From Rhizophagus irregularis (lineage: Eukaryota): a DNA stretch of 64,000 bases. Below, piece by piece: positions 24,316 to 37,589 of this stretch; positions within the stretch are counted from its first letter, which is position 1, and every line of letters starts with the position of its first letter. The stretch lies in contig NC_089433.1 of NCBI RefSeq assembly GCF_026210795.1, forward strand, positions 2,480,001-2,544,000, written 5' to 3'. Under the pieces are notes generated by a model. That model was not told the DNA's origin, did no database searches, and saw only the letters and a list, made by a program, of their open reading frames with translations. The translations under genes were made by a program, and so were the position numbers.

Positions 24316-25545
24316 ATTAGCAACGTAATCTGTAATGAAATTGTAGATTTATTGATTATCACCTGATAAAGTGAATCATACCGATTGTGTTATCCTAAAT
24401 CGCTACAATTACCTTCTTTAGTTAAAATTATTACTATTTTCCGGGTTTCTGAAAAAAGTATGAGAAGTTAACGTATCTTTTTTTTTAATGCACACGTGAC
24501 GCTGTTTATTAATTATAATTACAAAAAAACATAATTAAATCTGAAGACCAACTGCAGATGTGAACATTAAAGAAATAACAAATTTGAACTAGCGTTAGGA
24601 ATTTAAATTATGCAGTGTAAATAATTTATGCCAAGATATCATAGCTGCCAAATTTGTGATATGCGGTATCGACTGATAATAAATGACCCGTATTAAAATA
24701 CTATAAAGAAGTTTGATGGATCTTCTCCGTTCCGGAAAATCGAGGATTTTCTCTGAGAGTGCGCATGTGTGTTCAGTAAGTTGTTTCAAACTAAAAATCA
24801 ACAGACTATCAACAAGATAAGCGATCGACATTTAGACAAATAATATCACAATATTATTACATATTCAACTTTAATCCGTTCTCTAATAATAATAGTACAT
24901 AACAAATAAAGTAAGCGGACATAAGCGAAGTGTCATTACCTAAAAATATAACACAAACCGAATAGCCGAGGAAGCGAACGTATGGTTTGATTTTACAATC
25001 AAAAGATGACGTGATTATGAGTACACCGCAGTATTATTATACGGTAAGGACCGAAATTTACCCATGATTGATTCTTTTAATTTTACCACATGGATTTGAT
25101 CTACAATTTATTTATTAATAGAAACAAGCGCAGCAATTAAAAGAAAAACACATGCACAATATTATTAATCGGAAAAATAATATATTCAGAGGTACATAGT
25201 GTATAAAATAAGAAGGGATCTGATGAATTCAACTTTCGGAGATTCATACATATAAATTTATTATCGGAAATACTAAAACTTTGCTAAAGAAAAATTGCTT
25301 AACTAAAAATATAAAATACATTTTTTTTTTACAGATGACTCATTTATTAAAAAAAAAACCTTTTCCCCTGACTAGGAAATAATTCACCGTAACATGAGGT
25401 TACAATTAAATAATTTTCCGAAAACCAAAAAAAAGAAAAAATTTAACAAATTTTCATTGTTAATAAAAAATTTTCTATATATAAAAAATTGTTTATATTA
25501 TATTTACATATTTTAAAACGTAAATAGAGTAATAATTTGTACAAA

Positions 25546-25650
25546 ATAGATATATATACTGTATATATATATATATGTATGTATGTATGTGTGCATGTAA
25601 TGTATGCATATATATAATATATATACTGTAATATATTATATATATATATT
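25546..25650. repeat. (TA)n/(TATG)n microsatellite tract
   Basis: Seen directly. Confidence 0.8.
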
Positions 25651-28600
25651 TTTTATACAGTATATAAAAGAGTACATCAAATTTATTAATTATTATTATT
25701 ATTTACTTACATGGAATTGGATGACGCAACATTACAAAGATGAATTTCATACACATAATTTTAACACGGAGTTAATCCATCAAATTCCTTTCATTAGTGA
25801 TTCTCATTGCATATAACTCAAAATAACACGCATTATCTTTCTATATAAGGAAGAAAGTTAAGAAAATTTTAACCCAAATAGATCATCACAATGTGTTTTC
25901 GGTTGGTCATCTCTTTTAAAAATCCTCAGACACTTAGGGTTATGTGTTGTTTAATTATGCGTTGGAAATACCAAACCCAAACAATGTGTCTTAAAAATGT
26001 ACCAATCAAATTTAATTATCGGACTATTTATTGTCCAATAATGGAATTTTAGTTATTGATCACATGGCTTTATTATATGTGTATGATCGGTATATATAAA
26101 AACATATAACAAACATTTGAAACAATATTTATTATTACTGCGCCGATTTGATTTGATTTCGTATGGAAATGTTTCCTTTTCATTGATTGGTTCTCAATTT
26201 TGAAACAATTATTTCTGTAGAAGAAGTCCGCCGGAGAAATTTTTTCTATTTAACGAATATTCTTTATTACCGTATTTGGTTTGAATTTTGATAATTAAAT
26301 GGTCTTTTTTAAGATACCAATCGATTTGTTTGAAACTTTTTTTAAATAATAAATTTTTTTTTTTTCTTTTTTTATTTTTAAGAAGCGAATGATCGAATGC
26401 ATATAATGATTTAAGCAATTATTACATTCATTGTTTACTTTGAAAGAATAATGTTAACTGCGGGAAGGTAAAACTGTTTCATTTTTTCTTTTTCGAAATT
26501 TCTTATTGTGTGTTTATAATTTGTTTGTGTTTAATTTTGTGCGAAACTTACGAAACTTGCGAAACTCTACGTGTATTGTATTGTTTTGTTACTTTAAAAA
26601 AGTCTTTCTTTTTAATCACCTGTTTAATCACCAAGCGGATTTGGATCCGCGTAAAAATAAGAAAGAAAAAATAAAACGCGTTACGCTTTTTCTAAAATCA
26701 AATGTAAATTCCGAAGATAATCTCCAAAGAATGACGGATGCATGATTATGATTGTATGATTGTATTATAAGTATTTTTATTTATTCTTCCATTTATGGTT
26801 AAAAAAGTAAGTTACTCAAAAAAATTTACCGAATATCTTTTCATAATCATCATACGTTGTTGTTTCAATTTTATTAACCAATACTCCCAACTTGAAATTC
26901 TTTGTAATTGGTTATTTTTAGTTTATTTGAGAAATCAAAAGATTTTCACTAAACCCGTATTTGGTACGGTACGTAATTCAATTTTCTTTTTTTGATTCCG
27001 ATATTTGGTTTCTATTTATATTTCAATATTTGAATTTTTCTTCATAATTTCCTTATTCTCTCAAAATCTTTTTTTTCTCCAGTTTACCTTATTTCTCAAT
27101 TTCCTTCCAAAAATGGAATTTTTTTTTTCTTCTCTGTTTCAAAAAAATAATAAAAATTTATTTATATATTTTAAAATATATATTAATATATATATTTATA
27201 TATATAATATATAATATATATTTATTTATTTTTTTTCTTTATATATATATTTTTTTTTTTTTTTTTGTAACAATATAATAATAAACAAAATGATACCCTT
27301 TGTTAGATTCATTTACCATATCCAAAAATGGTTTCCGACGTCAATATTTTTTCTTTCATCTGGGATTATCGTTTCGGGACAAAATTCTATGTTGGGTAAA
27401 CTAAAAAACCTAGTGATCAACTAAATACAACGAGAAATTTCTCTCATTGGTTGAAGCTGAACGTTTTTCGTTTGATATACAAATGTACCATGCTTGTTTT
27501 GTGTAGCAACTATTTCGGTTGTGTTTCCTCACCCTGAGTCGTGTTCACCAAACAATTCTGCCTTTTGAGCCTGCTTTTAACCAACGTTCCTGAACAGCAA
27601 TCTTCTTACTTTGGTTGACGTCTAGAGTTTTTTCTCCTTCAATAATTGCCCTTGCTGGCCCCTACACTTTCCTTTAATCTCTCTATTTCTTATCCTTTCT
27701 TTTCCTCTTTTTTTTTAATAGGTCTTTAACCCTTATTAGCATCTTTAATAATAGTTGCTCGACTTTCTTTAGACTTTGCAAGTCTTGGTTTTTTGCAAAA
27801 AATAATAAAATAAAAAATAAACCCGGGATTATTTCTTTTCACCATCTATATTCATTTTACCTCCTAATAACCTTCTAATATCTCTTTTACCTTTTACCTT
27901 TTCCTCTTTTTATCCCCATCTTCTCCCGAAGTTCTTTAAAAAAAAAAACTAAAGGTGTTGACCTTTTGTAAAGGTATGAAACAAAATTTTCTTTTTATCT
28001 TTGACTAGTACATAAATATATACAAAAAATTCGTACATATTTTGTATATATTTATTCGTATATGAGTGTGCGTGTGTGTGTTTGTTTAATGAAAAAAACA
28101 ATAGTTTCACCTTTTAGTCTAGCGTTCAAAACTTCACATTTGAAACTTGACAAAACTATAAGGCTGGCCAAAATAAGATCTCTGATTTTTTTATCGACTT
28201 CTTTGGTCGTTTATATTTGGCGTGAATGCTATAGTTTCTGCAATATAAAGGACAGCTCCGAGTGGTGCGCTGGTTGCATATTGGGTTGGTTAAGTTGTAA
28301 CAGTAACACTTATATAACCTTAAAACTCGCTATCCTTTATATATATCAGTTAGTCATTTATCCGTCGCACTTTAAAAAAAAAAAATTTTTTTTTTAACCA
28401 TCGTAATATTGACTGTAGTACATTAACACATCATTTTTGAATCTATAAATACCTCGTCAAACTTTTTTGACTCAAAACATTTTCACAAAAAAAAAAAAAA
28501 AGTGTTGTTGTGTTGACATCTACTTCACCTATAAGTAAAACCCTTCTTTCCCTTTTCCATATACATCATCACTTCAGTGGCTTCTATAATTATAAAAGCT

Positions 28601-28986
28601 TCAATTTATATTGTATAGACAATAGAATTAGATAATAGATTTATTCATTCATTAATTTACAACAAACAAAATTCACACACACACACGTATATATATTTAT
28701 TATTTATTTTTTTTTTAAAAAAAAAAATATATATCATATATAGTGTATCTAATTTAATACTTGATTTATTTATTTATTTCATTAATAACAGGAATACCAA
28801 AAATATCCTTCCTTCATTCTCCATTAGGAAGAACATAAAAAGTCGAGCCTTGCTATTTTGCAACAGGGTTTTCTTTAAAAAAAATTCCTTTTTTTTTTAA
28901 AAAAAAAAAAACATTTTTTCAATCCTTCTTTTTAATTAGTAGTATTCTATTTTAAATAACCCCATCATCACACATAAATCGAAATC

Positions 28987-31516
28987 ATGACTGAATATTT
29001 ATTAAACGAAAGACCCGCCAAAAGAGCCTTCTTAGGTTCCAACAATTCTTCCAACTATTTTGACGAAGATGAAGAACAATATTTTGCTTTCAGTAAAGCA
29101 TCCGCTGATTTTCCAATGGTTGTGACAAATACTTCATCTATCATGCCAAATCATCAAAATGTCTCCCAACATACTATTGGTGATAATAAAGATGGCAATG
29201 TCATGGATTCCTCGAGTTCAGCGAACTCGATTTCAAATAACGTTTCTCATAATATGGCTACTCTTGATGATGTTAAAATGAATACTTCTAATAATAATAA
29301 TAACAAGGGCACTGGTGCAAATACAACAGACGTCGTCCCCAATGTTAACTGCAAGGCTGAGCCAAGCAGCAAGGAGACCACTGAACTTAACGTTAATAAA
29401 ATTGGCAAGTCCAACTCTGTCAAATCACCTTCAACCACATCTTCCTCTCAACCAACAACCAACAACTCTCAACCTCCACCATCAACGAATAACAAGAAGC
29501 GAACTCGTGCTACCCCCGAACAACTAGCGATCTTAGAAGATACATTTAAAACTAATACCTCCCCAAATAGTAAAGTTCGTGAAGCCTTAGCCGAAAAAGT
29601 AAACATGTCCGAACGTTCAATTCAAATTTGGTTCCAAAATCGTCGTGCTAAAATGAAGGCAATGCAAAAACGTGCTCATTTAATGATTAATCAGGATACG
29701 ATCGGTCATCATTTTATGGCTTGTATACCTGGTTATGGTCCTCATAATTTGTATCCTTTCCGTATGCCTATTCATCAACGTATAGCTTTACCTAGATCTT
29801 ATAGTGCTAATGATCTTAATCTTAATAATGTCGCACTTGGAATGCGTCCTAATCCAAATACTACTGGACTTGGCATTACCGTACCTCAAGTTCCTCAAGG
29901 ATTTTGGCCTTCTGGTCCTTTAACAGCTCCAATTACTTCTTTAAATACAAATGAACATTTAATGAATGGTTTTCCTTTTTCGGCTAATCCACTTGTAGCT
30001 GCTCAACAACAAACCCAGACTCAACGTTTCCCAATTTCTCCTAGTGCTAGTCCTAATTCTAATTCCATGAATACTGCACAAGCTTTACGTCTTGTAGTAA
30101 ATCCTAATAATGGTATACCAATTAAAATGAATGGTAAGTGAAATTTTTACACATGAGAGAGATATATATATATATATATATATAATATATATTTATATTA
30201 ATTATATTATTATTATTCTAGATCAAACATCCGTATCTCAACCTCAACCTCAACCTCAACAGTTCACACCGCCTCAGGAATTCATCACACCAGCTTTTAA
30301 TAACAATAACAACACATTAGTTTCAGTTATTTCATGCGAGACTCTTACAATAGGAACATGGCGTCGCATTTTAACAATGTCATCTCCCACAGATCTTTTA
30401 TGTTATTATACCTTACCTCAGAATATATTCACTTATCATATTACTAATGAGAATACTCAATTCAAGATGGAGTTTTCACTTTCTGATATCTTTTCAGTTG
30501 AATATCGACCTATTGATGATGTTCATTCACAAATTGCAATTGAAGTCAAAGAATCACCTTCCTTCTATATGGAGTCACCTCATGGTGGATGGAATATGTG
30601 TAAAGATTTTACTGAAGATAGACAAGCATCTCGACATACAAGACATGTATTGAAAGGTCGTTCCGCTGTAATGAAACCACAACTTATTAAACTTATGCAA
30701 GACGATCCAAACCTTGCTAAAGTTGTAACAATATTTGATACTCCAGCTCCGGCTGATCCATTAAGTCCAGATATGACTGAAGATAATAACAATGTCATAA
30801 TTAACAATGGTCAAGAGGATAATCACCCTCGTCGTTCATCCTTCCCAGTTAGTGGTTCAATTGCTAATAATTTGCAATATTCAAATTCTCAAAAAGGGGA
30901 TAACAAACCCGACATGAATCTCTTAAGACAAGCTTGTACACGTCGATCCGCATCAGCTCCATTATCACCGTCGGAAGATAATAAGAATTCTTTGTTAACA
31001 GCTCAACAAGATGATGCATTACAAATCAATACTTCAGCCAATTTCCTTAATATGTTTAACAAAGGCGAAATGAATCAAAGTTCTCCGGAATTCTGCTCTT
31101 CACCAATGGAATTAAATTCTTCATCTCCATCTACTCCTCTTGATGTATTTGACAATTCTCCAACCTTAATGGATTCATCACCACTTTTAAATCAAGATCC
31201 TTTTGTATCTTTACCTTCACATAATTTAAGTAATCTTACCATGGATTCTACTTCAACTTTATTATCCGATGAGCAAGTAGCCGCTGCCATGGTTACATTT
31301 GCACCATCAATGACAGGAAATGTATCCGGCGAAGATTTCGCAAATATGTTCAACACAATGAGTAATAATAGTTCAGATACCGCGTCTGACGTGAGTGAAT
31401 TCTTGACCTTTAATGATACATATGAAAATATTGCCGGTAATGACAATTTTTCTTCCAATAATATGATGAATCTTGATACTTCCGCTTGGGTCGGAGATGT
31501 TGCTTATTGCAATTGA
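28987..31516 (+). CDS. Homeodomain transcription factor, HOY1/Phx1/Pah1-like, 2 coding exons
   Basis: Homeodomain KKRTRATPEQLAILE...SIQIWFQNRRAKMK. Intron 30134-30221 (gtaagt...ctag) joins the two ORFs in frame. The second exon has the conserved fungal domain LTIGTWRRI..DLLCYY..FKMEF..CKDFTEDRQAS..HVLKG. Confidence 0.93.
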
Positions 31517-34500
31517 GGCAATGATAACGAAACTAATGACGTTTGTAACGTACATTTAATGAACATTAATGATAGTAATTTAATACCTAATATTTTTATT
31601 TTTCTTCAAAAATATTAATTAATTCTAAATTCCAATATTACATCTAATTAATTATGTACCACATGTGAACTGATATGCTTTTTTTTTTCCTTTTTTTTCT
31701 ATGAGGTTGAAACAAATAAAGTTTTCTAAGAAAAACTTAAGAGATATGGATTATTTTAAAATATATTATAACTTTTATACTAAAAAACAAAAAAAAAAAT
31801 ATCGGTCACGGGGATCATTCATTTTTTTTTTAAAAAAAACATCAAAAAAAAAAAAATTTTTTTTCATAAATTCACAACTTTCATTCTTTTTTGGGTTTTA
31901 AGGTATTATAAGATGTAATAAGTTACATCTATGATAAATTTTATCTTTTTAGATTTCGATTAGTTTTTTGTGTCTTCTATTGGTGGTGGAATTTGTAGAG
32001 CCGCCGGCTTGGCGACATTTTTTTTTTTTTTTTTTTAAAAAAAATATATATATAATTTTTTAGCGAAAAATAGTTTTAGTTATATATTAGACTGCCGATA
32101 GACAATTATCACAAAAATTTTCCTTTTTGTTATTACCCGTCATTTCCACCCTTTCCCTTATGTATATTATGATAAATAATTTTTTTTACGCCTCTTTCTT
32201 TTTTATTGTATTGATTTACATCCCACTCACTTTTTTTTCATTCTTTATTTTCCAACTAGCTTGGAAAACAAACAAAAAACATTGAAGATAAACGTTTCTT
32301 TTTCTTTTTACTTACCAATCAAAAAATTTTTTTTTTATTTAGTAAATTATTATTATTACTTTTAATTATTTTTCATTAAACAAAAAATATAACTTTTTTT
32401 ATTAAAAAAATCCATAAAAAAAATGTAATAAATATTTTTTTTTTGTGTAATGTTTTTTTCTTTTTTTTTTGGAAAAAAAGTGAGTTGGGGGAATCTTCCT
32501 TTTCTTCTCTTTATACATTACTTATATTAAAAAAACAACTAACTTTTTATTTATACTAAAATGCAGAAATGTTTTTTTTTTTAAAAAAAAGGGAAAAAGA
32601 GGAATTAATTTTTCTGTTTTTTTTTGAATCCAATTATCAACAAATCCAAATCTTTTTCAATAATTAATCGATTTCCTCCTTTCCTCTTTTCTTTTTTCTT
32701 TGAAGGAAAAGCAAAATGAATTGCATCATTTTTATCACCTTTAACAGGTTTTATTTAGTTGAGAGTGTATGTGTGAGAAGAGAAAGTGACAAATGATCGA
32801 TATATCCTTTTTCCCCCCTTTTTTTTCAAAAGAAAAAACATTTCTGCGCTCTTAAAAAAATATAAAAAAAAAATATTTTAATTTTCATTATAATAATAAT
32901 TATCATTATTTTTCATTTTCTCTTTTTTTTAAAAAAAAAAAAGTTAGTTCATGCCATGCTTCGGATTTTTCTTTCAATTTTATAATTTTTTCCTTCTCTT
33001 ATTATAATTTAATATTATTATTATTTATTTATATTATTTATAACATATTATTATTTTATTATTATAGTGTACGAAACAAATAATCTAAAAAAAAAATTAA
33101 CACGTTTTCTTTATTAGCCCACACATTACGATACAACAAAGTTCGCTATATATCTCTTCCCTCTAGATCATTATTGCCATTTATCCTGGACTTTAATTTA
33201 CTACTATGATTTTTTTTTCTTTATATATTGTACTTCTTTATAATCTTTGTTTGTAAATATCGTACTATTTTTTTTTCCCTTTTATATTTTCATACATTTA
33301 TTTCATATCTTTTTATTTTAATAAAGTTGAGCAAATTTCTAAAAAAACTGTGCTGTCTAGATATATTAATTTATTTACCATTGGCATAATCTTAGCAAAC
33401 GCATATAAAAAATAATACACTAATTTTGGAAGAAATTACTAATTCGGTTTACTCTCATTATGCTTTCATGCTTTTAATTTTTGACATAATTGAATCACAT
33501 GTAAATTTAAATCTTCAGGGGGTGCAATACACAAACGAGTTGCATTATCGATTGCTTTCTCTAAAAAATTTTGTCTACGCTCGAATATCATGGTTATTTT
33601 GGTAATCTATATTAAAACTGTGAACCTATTTTAATAATTATAACCATACCAGCATTAGACGAGATTTCAGGCAGAATTTTACATTTTCAATTTTGCCTGA
33701 AATTTTACTCTATAATATTTAATTTTAAATAAAACTATTAAATTCTTATAAAAAAAAATTCTTTAAACTGGCTATATAACTTCCATTTAAATTTTTTAAC
33801 ATTTTCAGTATTAATGATCTTTTTATATAGTTTAAGACTTTAAGATTGAAAATATCCTATATCTTAGCAAAAATTTTTTGATATTATTCTATATTATTAA
33901 AAAAAGGAGTGATCAATAAATGTATATTGTTTTAAGAAACTTTGCTTTGTTGAAAATTGTGGATGATATTTTTTATTTTTTTAGTTACATTGAATTTTTA
34001 TTATTTATCCTATTTTTACAAATTAAATAAAATAAATTTATTTAATTGTATTAATCATCATTTTTTTTAATTAAATAATAAATACATTCAGTCTTCTTTA
34101 TAGTCATCTTATATATAATTACACCCTTCCAGCTTTTTTACAATTATGCATATGATAAAAATATAATTATATCATATAATTTAACATCATTTTATATAAC
34201 TTGATTATTTATAAAATATATATGTATTAATGCAGTATATATAATATGTATGTGCAATTTATACAGTTTATTATTTATTACATAAAATTTTGGTATTGAT
34301 AGTATAGAATAATTATTAATAAAATATGGAAAGAATGTAAAAAAATAGCTAACTGTTTTATCTATTTTGTTAACTAATATAATATTACAGAAAAAGAAAA
34401 AAAATTTGCTAAAATATTAAATATAAAAAATCAGTTAAATTATACTAATGGCTAAATTTATAAGTTTAGTTTTCAAAAAATCAAAAAATAATAGTGCATT

Positions 34501-35120
34501 ACTTGAAATTCTTTTAGAAAAATATCTACATTTATATGTTTTTTTTGGCTAAATATAATAAAGAAGATATTTACAATATAGATAAAATAGGACTATTTAT
34601 TTGAATAGAACTAAATTATACTTTTAGTTTAAGATTTATTTTTACACTTTATTTATTTTTATATTAAATTTAATATATTTTATAATTATAATTTAAGATA
34701 AAAGTTATCTTTTAAATTTTTTATATAGTAATTTTACAGATTTTTACAAATTTTTATCACTTGTAATTTAATCTTTGCTACTTTAAAAATATTAATAAGA
34801 CATCTCTTTCTGTAACTTATTATGCTAATTCTAAATTATAAATGAGATCAGATATTTAACTGGTTTTATATAATAGATTGAAAATTTTTACTTTCATTGA
34901 TAATGTGAAATCTTATTTTAATCAAAAATATTTGATCAAAACATAAGTAAGATTGATGAAAAAAATATTGCAAAGTTTTTTCATTCAGTTCAAAGTAAAA
35001 CAAAATCTAAAAAAAAAAATGATAAAAAAAACTTAATATTAAATTTACTAATATCAAACTTATTATTTTCCTTTAAATACAATTACTTATCTTTAATAAA
35101 ATTCCAAAAATCTTTAAAAC

Positions 35121-35363
35121 AGGTCATAAATTATACTTTTGGCAAATTGATCCATTTTTTTAAAGGCTCAAAAAATAAATTTTTGTAAATATTTCAGCAT
35201 TTAGTAGTCCAATTTTAATTAAATTGTAAAGCTAAATGAGAACTACAAAAATAAAAAAAAAGTTTATTAAAATTAAATTATTAGATATTGAGATATTTAT
35301 AAAAGACAATTTTTTGAATTTTAACAAAAAATGGTATTTTTGGCCAAAAGTCTATTATAACCT
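35121..35363. mobile_element. Decayed MITE
   Basis: Imperfect inverted ends aggtcataaattatacttttggc / gccaaaagtctattataacct. Confidence 0.4.
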
Positions 35364-35430
35364 TTATATTAGATTTCCAGAATTCTCCTTTAATAGCTAA
35401 TGAATATTAGAATTATCCATAGCTTTAAAT

Positions 35431-35788
35431 CTAAGTTTATCTTAACAGTATTGTTTTGATATTATTTTGATATCATTTTAATATCGATTTAATATTGATG
35501 CAATATCAAAATAAAGTATTATCATTTTGATATTATATTGATATTAAATTAATATTGAAATAATATTTGAAATGATAATTAAAATGACATTGAAATGACA
35601 TCTTTAAGTTAAACTTAAATATGTTATTTTGATGTCATTTCTATTATCATTTTGATATCATTTTAATACTATTTCAATATCATTTTAATATTAAAGTGAT
35701 AATATTTTATTTTGATATTGCATCAATATTAAATCAATATTAAATCAATATCAAAATGATATTAAAATGATATCACTTGAAAACTTAA
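35431..35788. repeat. Fold-back (palindromic) element made of about 11-bp units
   Basis: Arms built of tgatatcattt-like units. aatattgatgcaatatcaaaataaa on the left is mirrored by tttattttgatattgcatcaatatt on the right. Centre near 35610. Confidence 0.7.
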
Positions 35789-37187
35789 AGTTTCTGTAAA
35801 GAATATTAATTTTTATTTAAAAATAAATTAAATATTAAGAAAGCCATTAACTATATAATTAAAACATTAGAAAATATCACTCTAACAACCATCTAAAATT
35901 GTTAAAAAAAAATAAATATACTTTTAGCTTCTAATTTTCTTGTAAATAATAGTAATATATAAGATTTTAAAATAAATAAATCAGATAAATTAAACTTAAA
36001 TATTTACTAGAAGTAAATAAATTATAAGAATATCTCCAGATATTTAATTAAAATATTCAATTAAAGAACAACTTAATGATAAACAAATTATTAATTTAGT
36101 GTAAAATGAAAATAATAAAGGTAAAAATAATGATTCTGATAAAGAAATACTATTAGTAATGCTCTCTATCAGTTATTTTAAGCCAATTAAACCTTGCTTA
36201 AAAAAGTTTAAACTTTGCAAATGTTATCAAGCCTTATTAATTAATTGATTAATTATAATTTTAGCTAATAGAATTGGTAAAGATTTGTCTTTTTAAGTAA
36301 AACTTGTTTAATTTGAAATAGTTCATAGAAAGCACTAACTATTGATATCAAAAAAACAAGGAATTAATGCATTAAAAATTTTTATTAATTATTTTGAGCA
36401 GTAAAATAATCCAGAATTTAACATTAATGATTTGCATATTTTTCAAAAATATTAATAAATTCAAAAAAATAATGTTTTTGTTGTAATATAATATTATAAT
36501 TTAGAAATGACAATATATAATATAATAATAAAAATGCAAATGTATTTTTTTATTAAATATTTATATATAGTTACATGGCTCAAAATTTTCATAACTGTAT
36601 TTATACTAGTTATTAATTATTTTATAAATAGACCATAAATGATTAATTCCATTAGAATACTATTAAATATTACCTAATATCACTTTTAATATAAAAGCTT
36701 ACCCTCCTTTTTAAATAAAATATATTATATATATAATTCCTTATATAGTATTATATGTAACCTAAGATTTTTAATTATTTCTCTCCCTTTAAAATATTAG
36801 ATCTGATAGTATCTTTACCTATTAATCTATTATGTTTAAGTTTTATATTACATTTCATATCATTTTCTTTTTTTACTTAATAGATAATAGCTGGTTTATC
36901 ATTATTAGTATGTCTTTCAATAAAATATTCTTATATTTAACTAGGTTTTTTTCTTAAAGCTTTTATTTTTTTTTTACTGATTAGATGGAATTTTCATTAA
37001 ATGGTATATTTGAAAAAAAAGAAATCAAAAAATTATATTATATTGTCAAAATATAAAAATAGTAAATTACAAAAATACTAGTTATATAATACTAAAATAA
37101 AAATAATAAACATGTTATATTTTAATATTTTATAATTCATATAGTGAAACACTAAAGATTTATTATATTAGTTTAAATTAAAATATA

Positions 37188-37356
37188 CATGCTGCCCAAA
37201 TTATTTTGGGATGCCATAATTATAATTTGGAATGTCGTAATTCATTCAATTTATATATAATTTACTATGTAAAGTGCCAAAATAATTTGGGATGTCATAA
37301 TTGAATTTGGGATTTTACTTATAATTACGGCAGCCCAAAATAATTTGGGTGGCATG
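37188..37356. mobile_element. MITE (169 bp), TA-flanked
   Basis: About 38-bp imperfect TIRs catgc(tg/ca)cccaaattattttggg..gcc.taattataa, with ta on both sides. Confidence 0.8.
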
Positions 37357-37589
37357 TATAAATTAAAATTTAATATTACTTAAAATAAATAATCTAAAAT
37401 AAAATTGGATATCTACCAGTATATAAAAAGTTTTTAGAAAAATTCTGGAAATCTTTTAAAAAATAAGTAAAATGTCTGAAATTATTCATGATTTAAAAAA
37501 TTTTACCAGATTTTTTAAAAACCTTTTAGAAATCTGGCAAATTTTGAATAGATTTTGTACACCGATATCCATTAGCTAATATAAATAGA

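Noticed and set aside
24595..28397. Short ORFs upstream of the homeobox gene as proteins
   Set aside because: F/I/K/Y-rich translations typical of AT-rich non-coding DNA, with no motifs.
30131..30221. ORF-track start MVSEIF as a separate gene
   Set aside because: It reads through the intron 30134-30221; the ORF is exon 2 of the homeobox gene.
28987..31516. Mating-type HD1/HD2 locus
   Set aside because: Single homeobox gene of the HOY1/Phx1 type with no divergent partner homeodomain gene; the neighbour is POP5.
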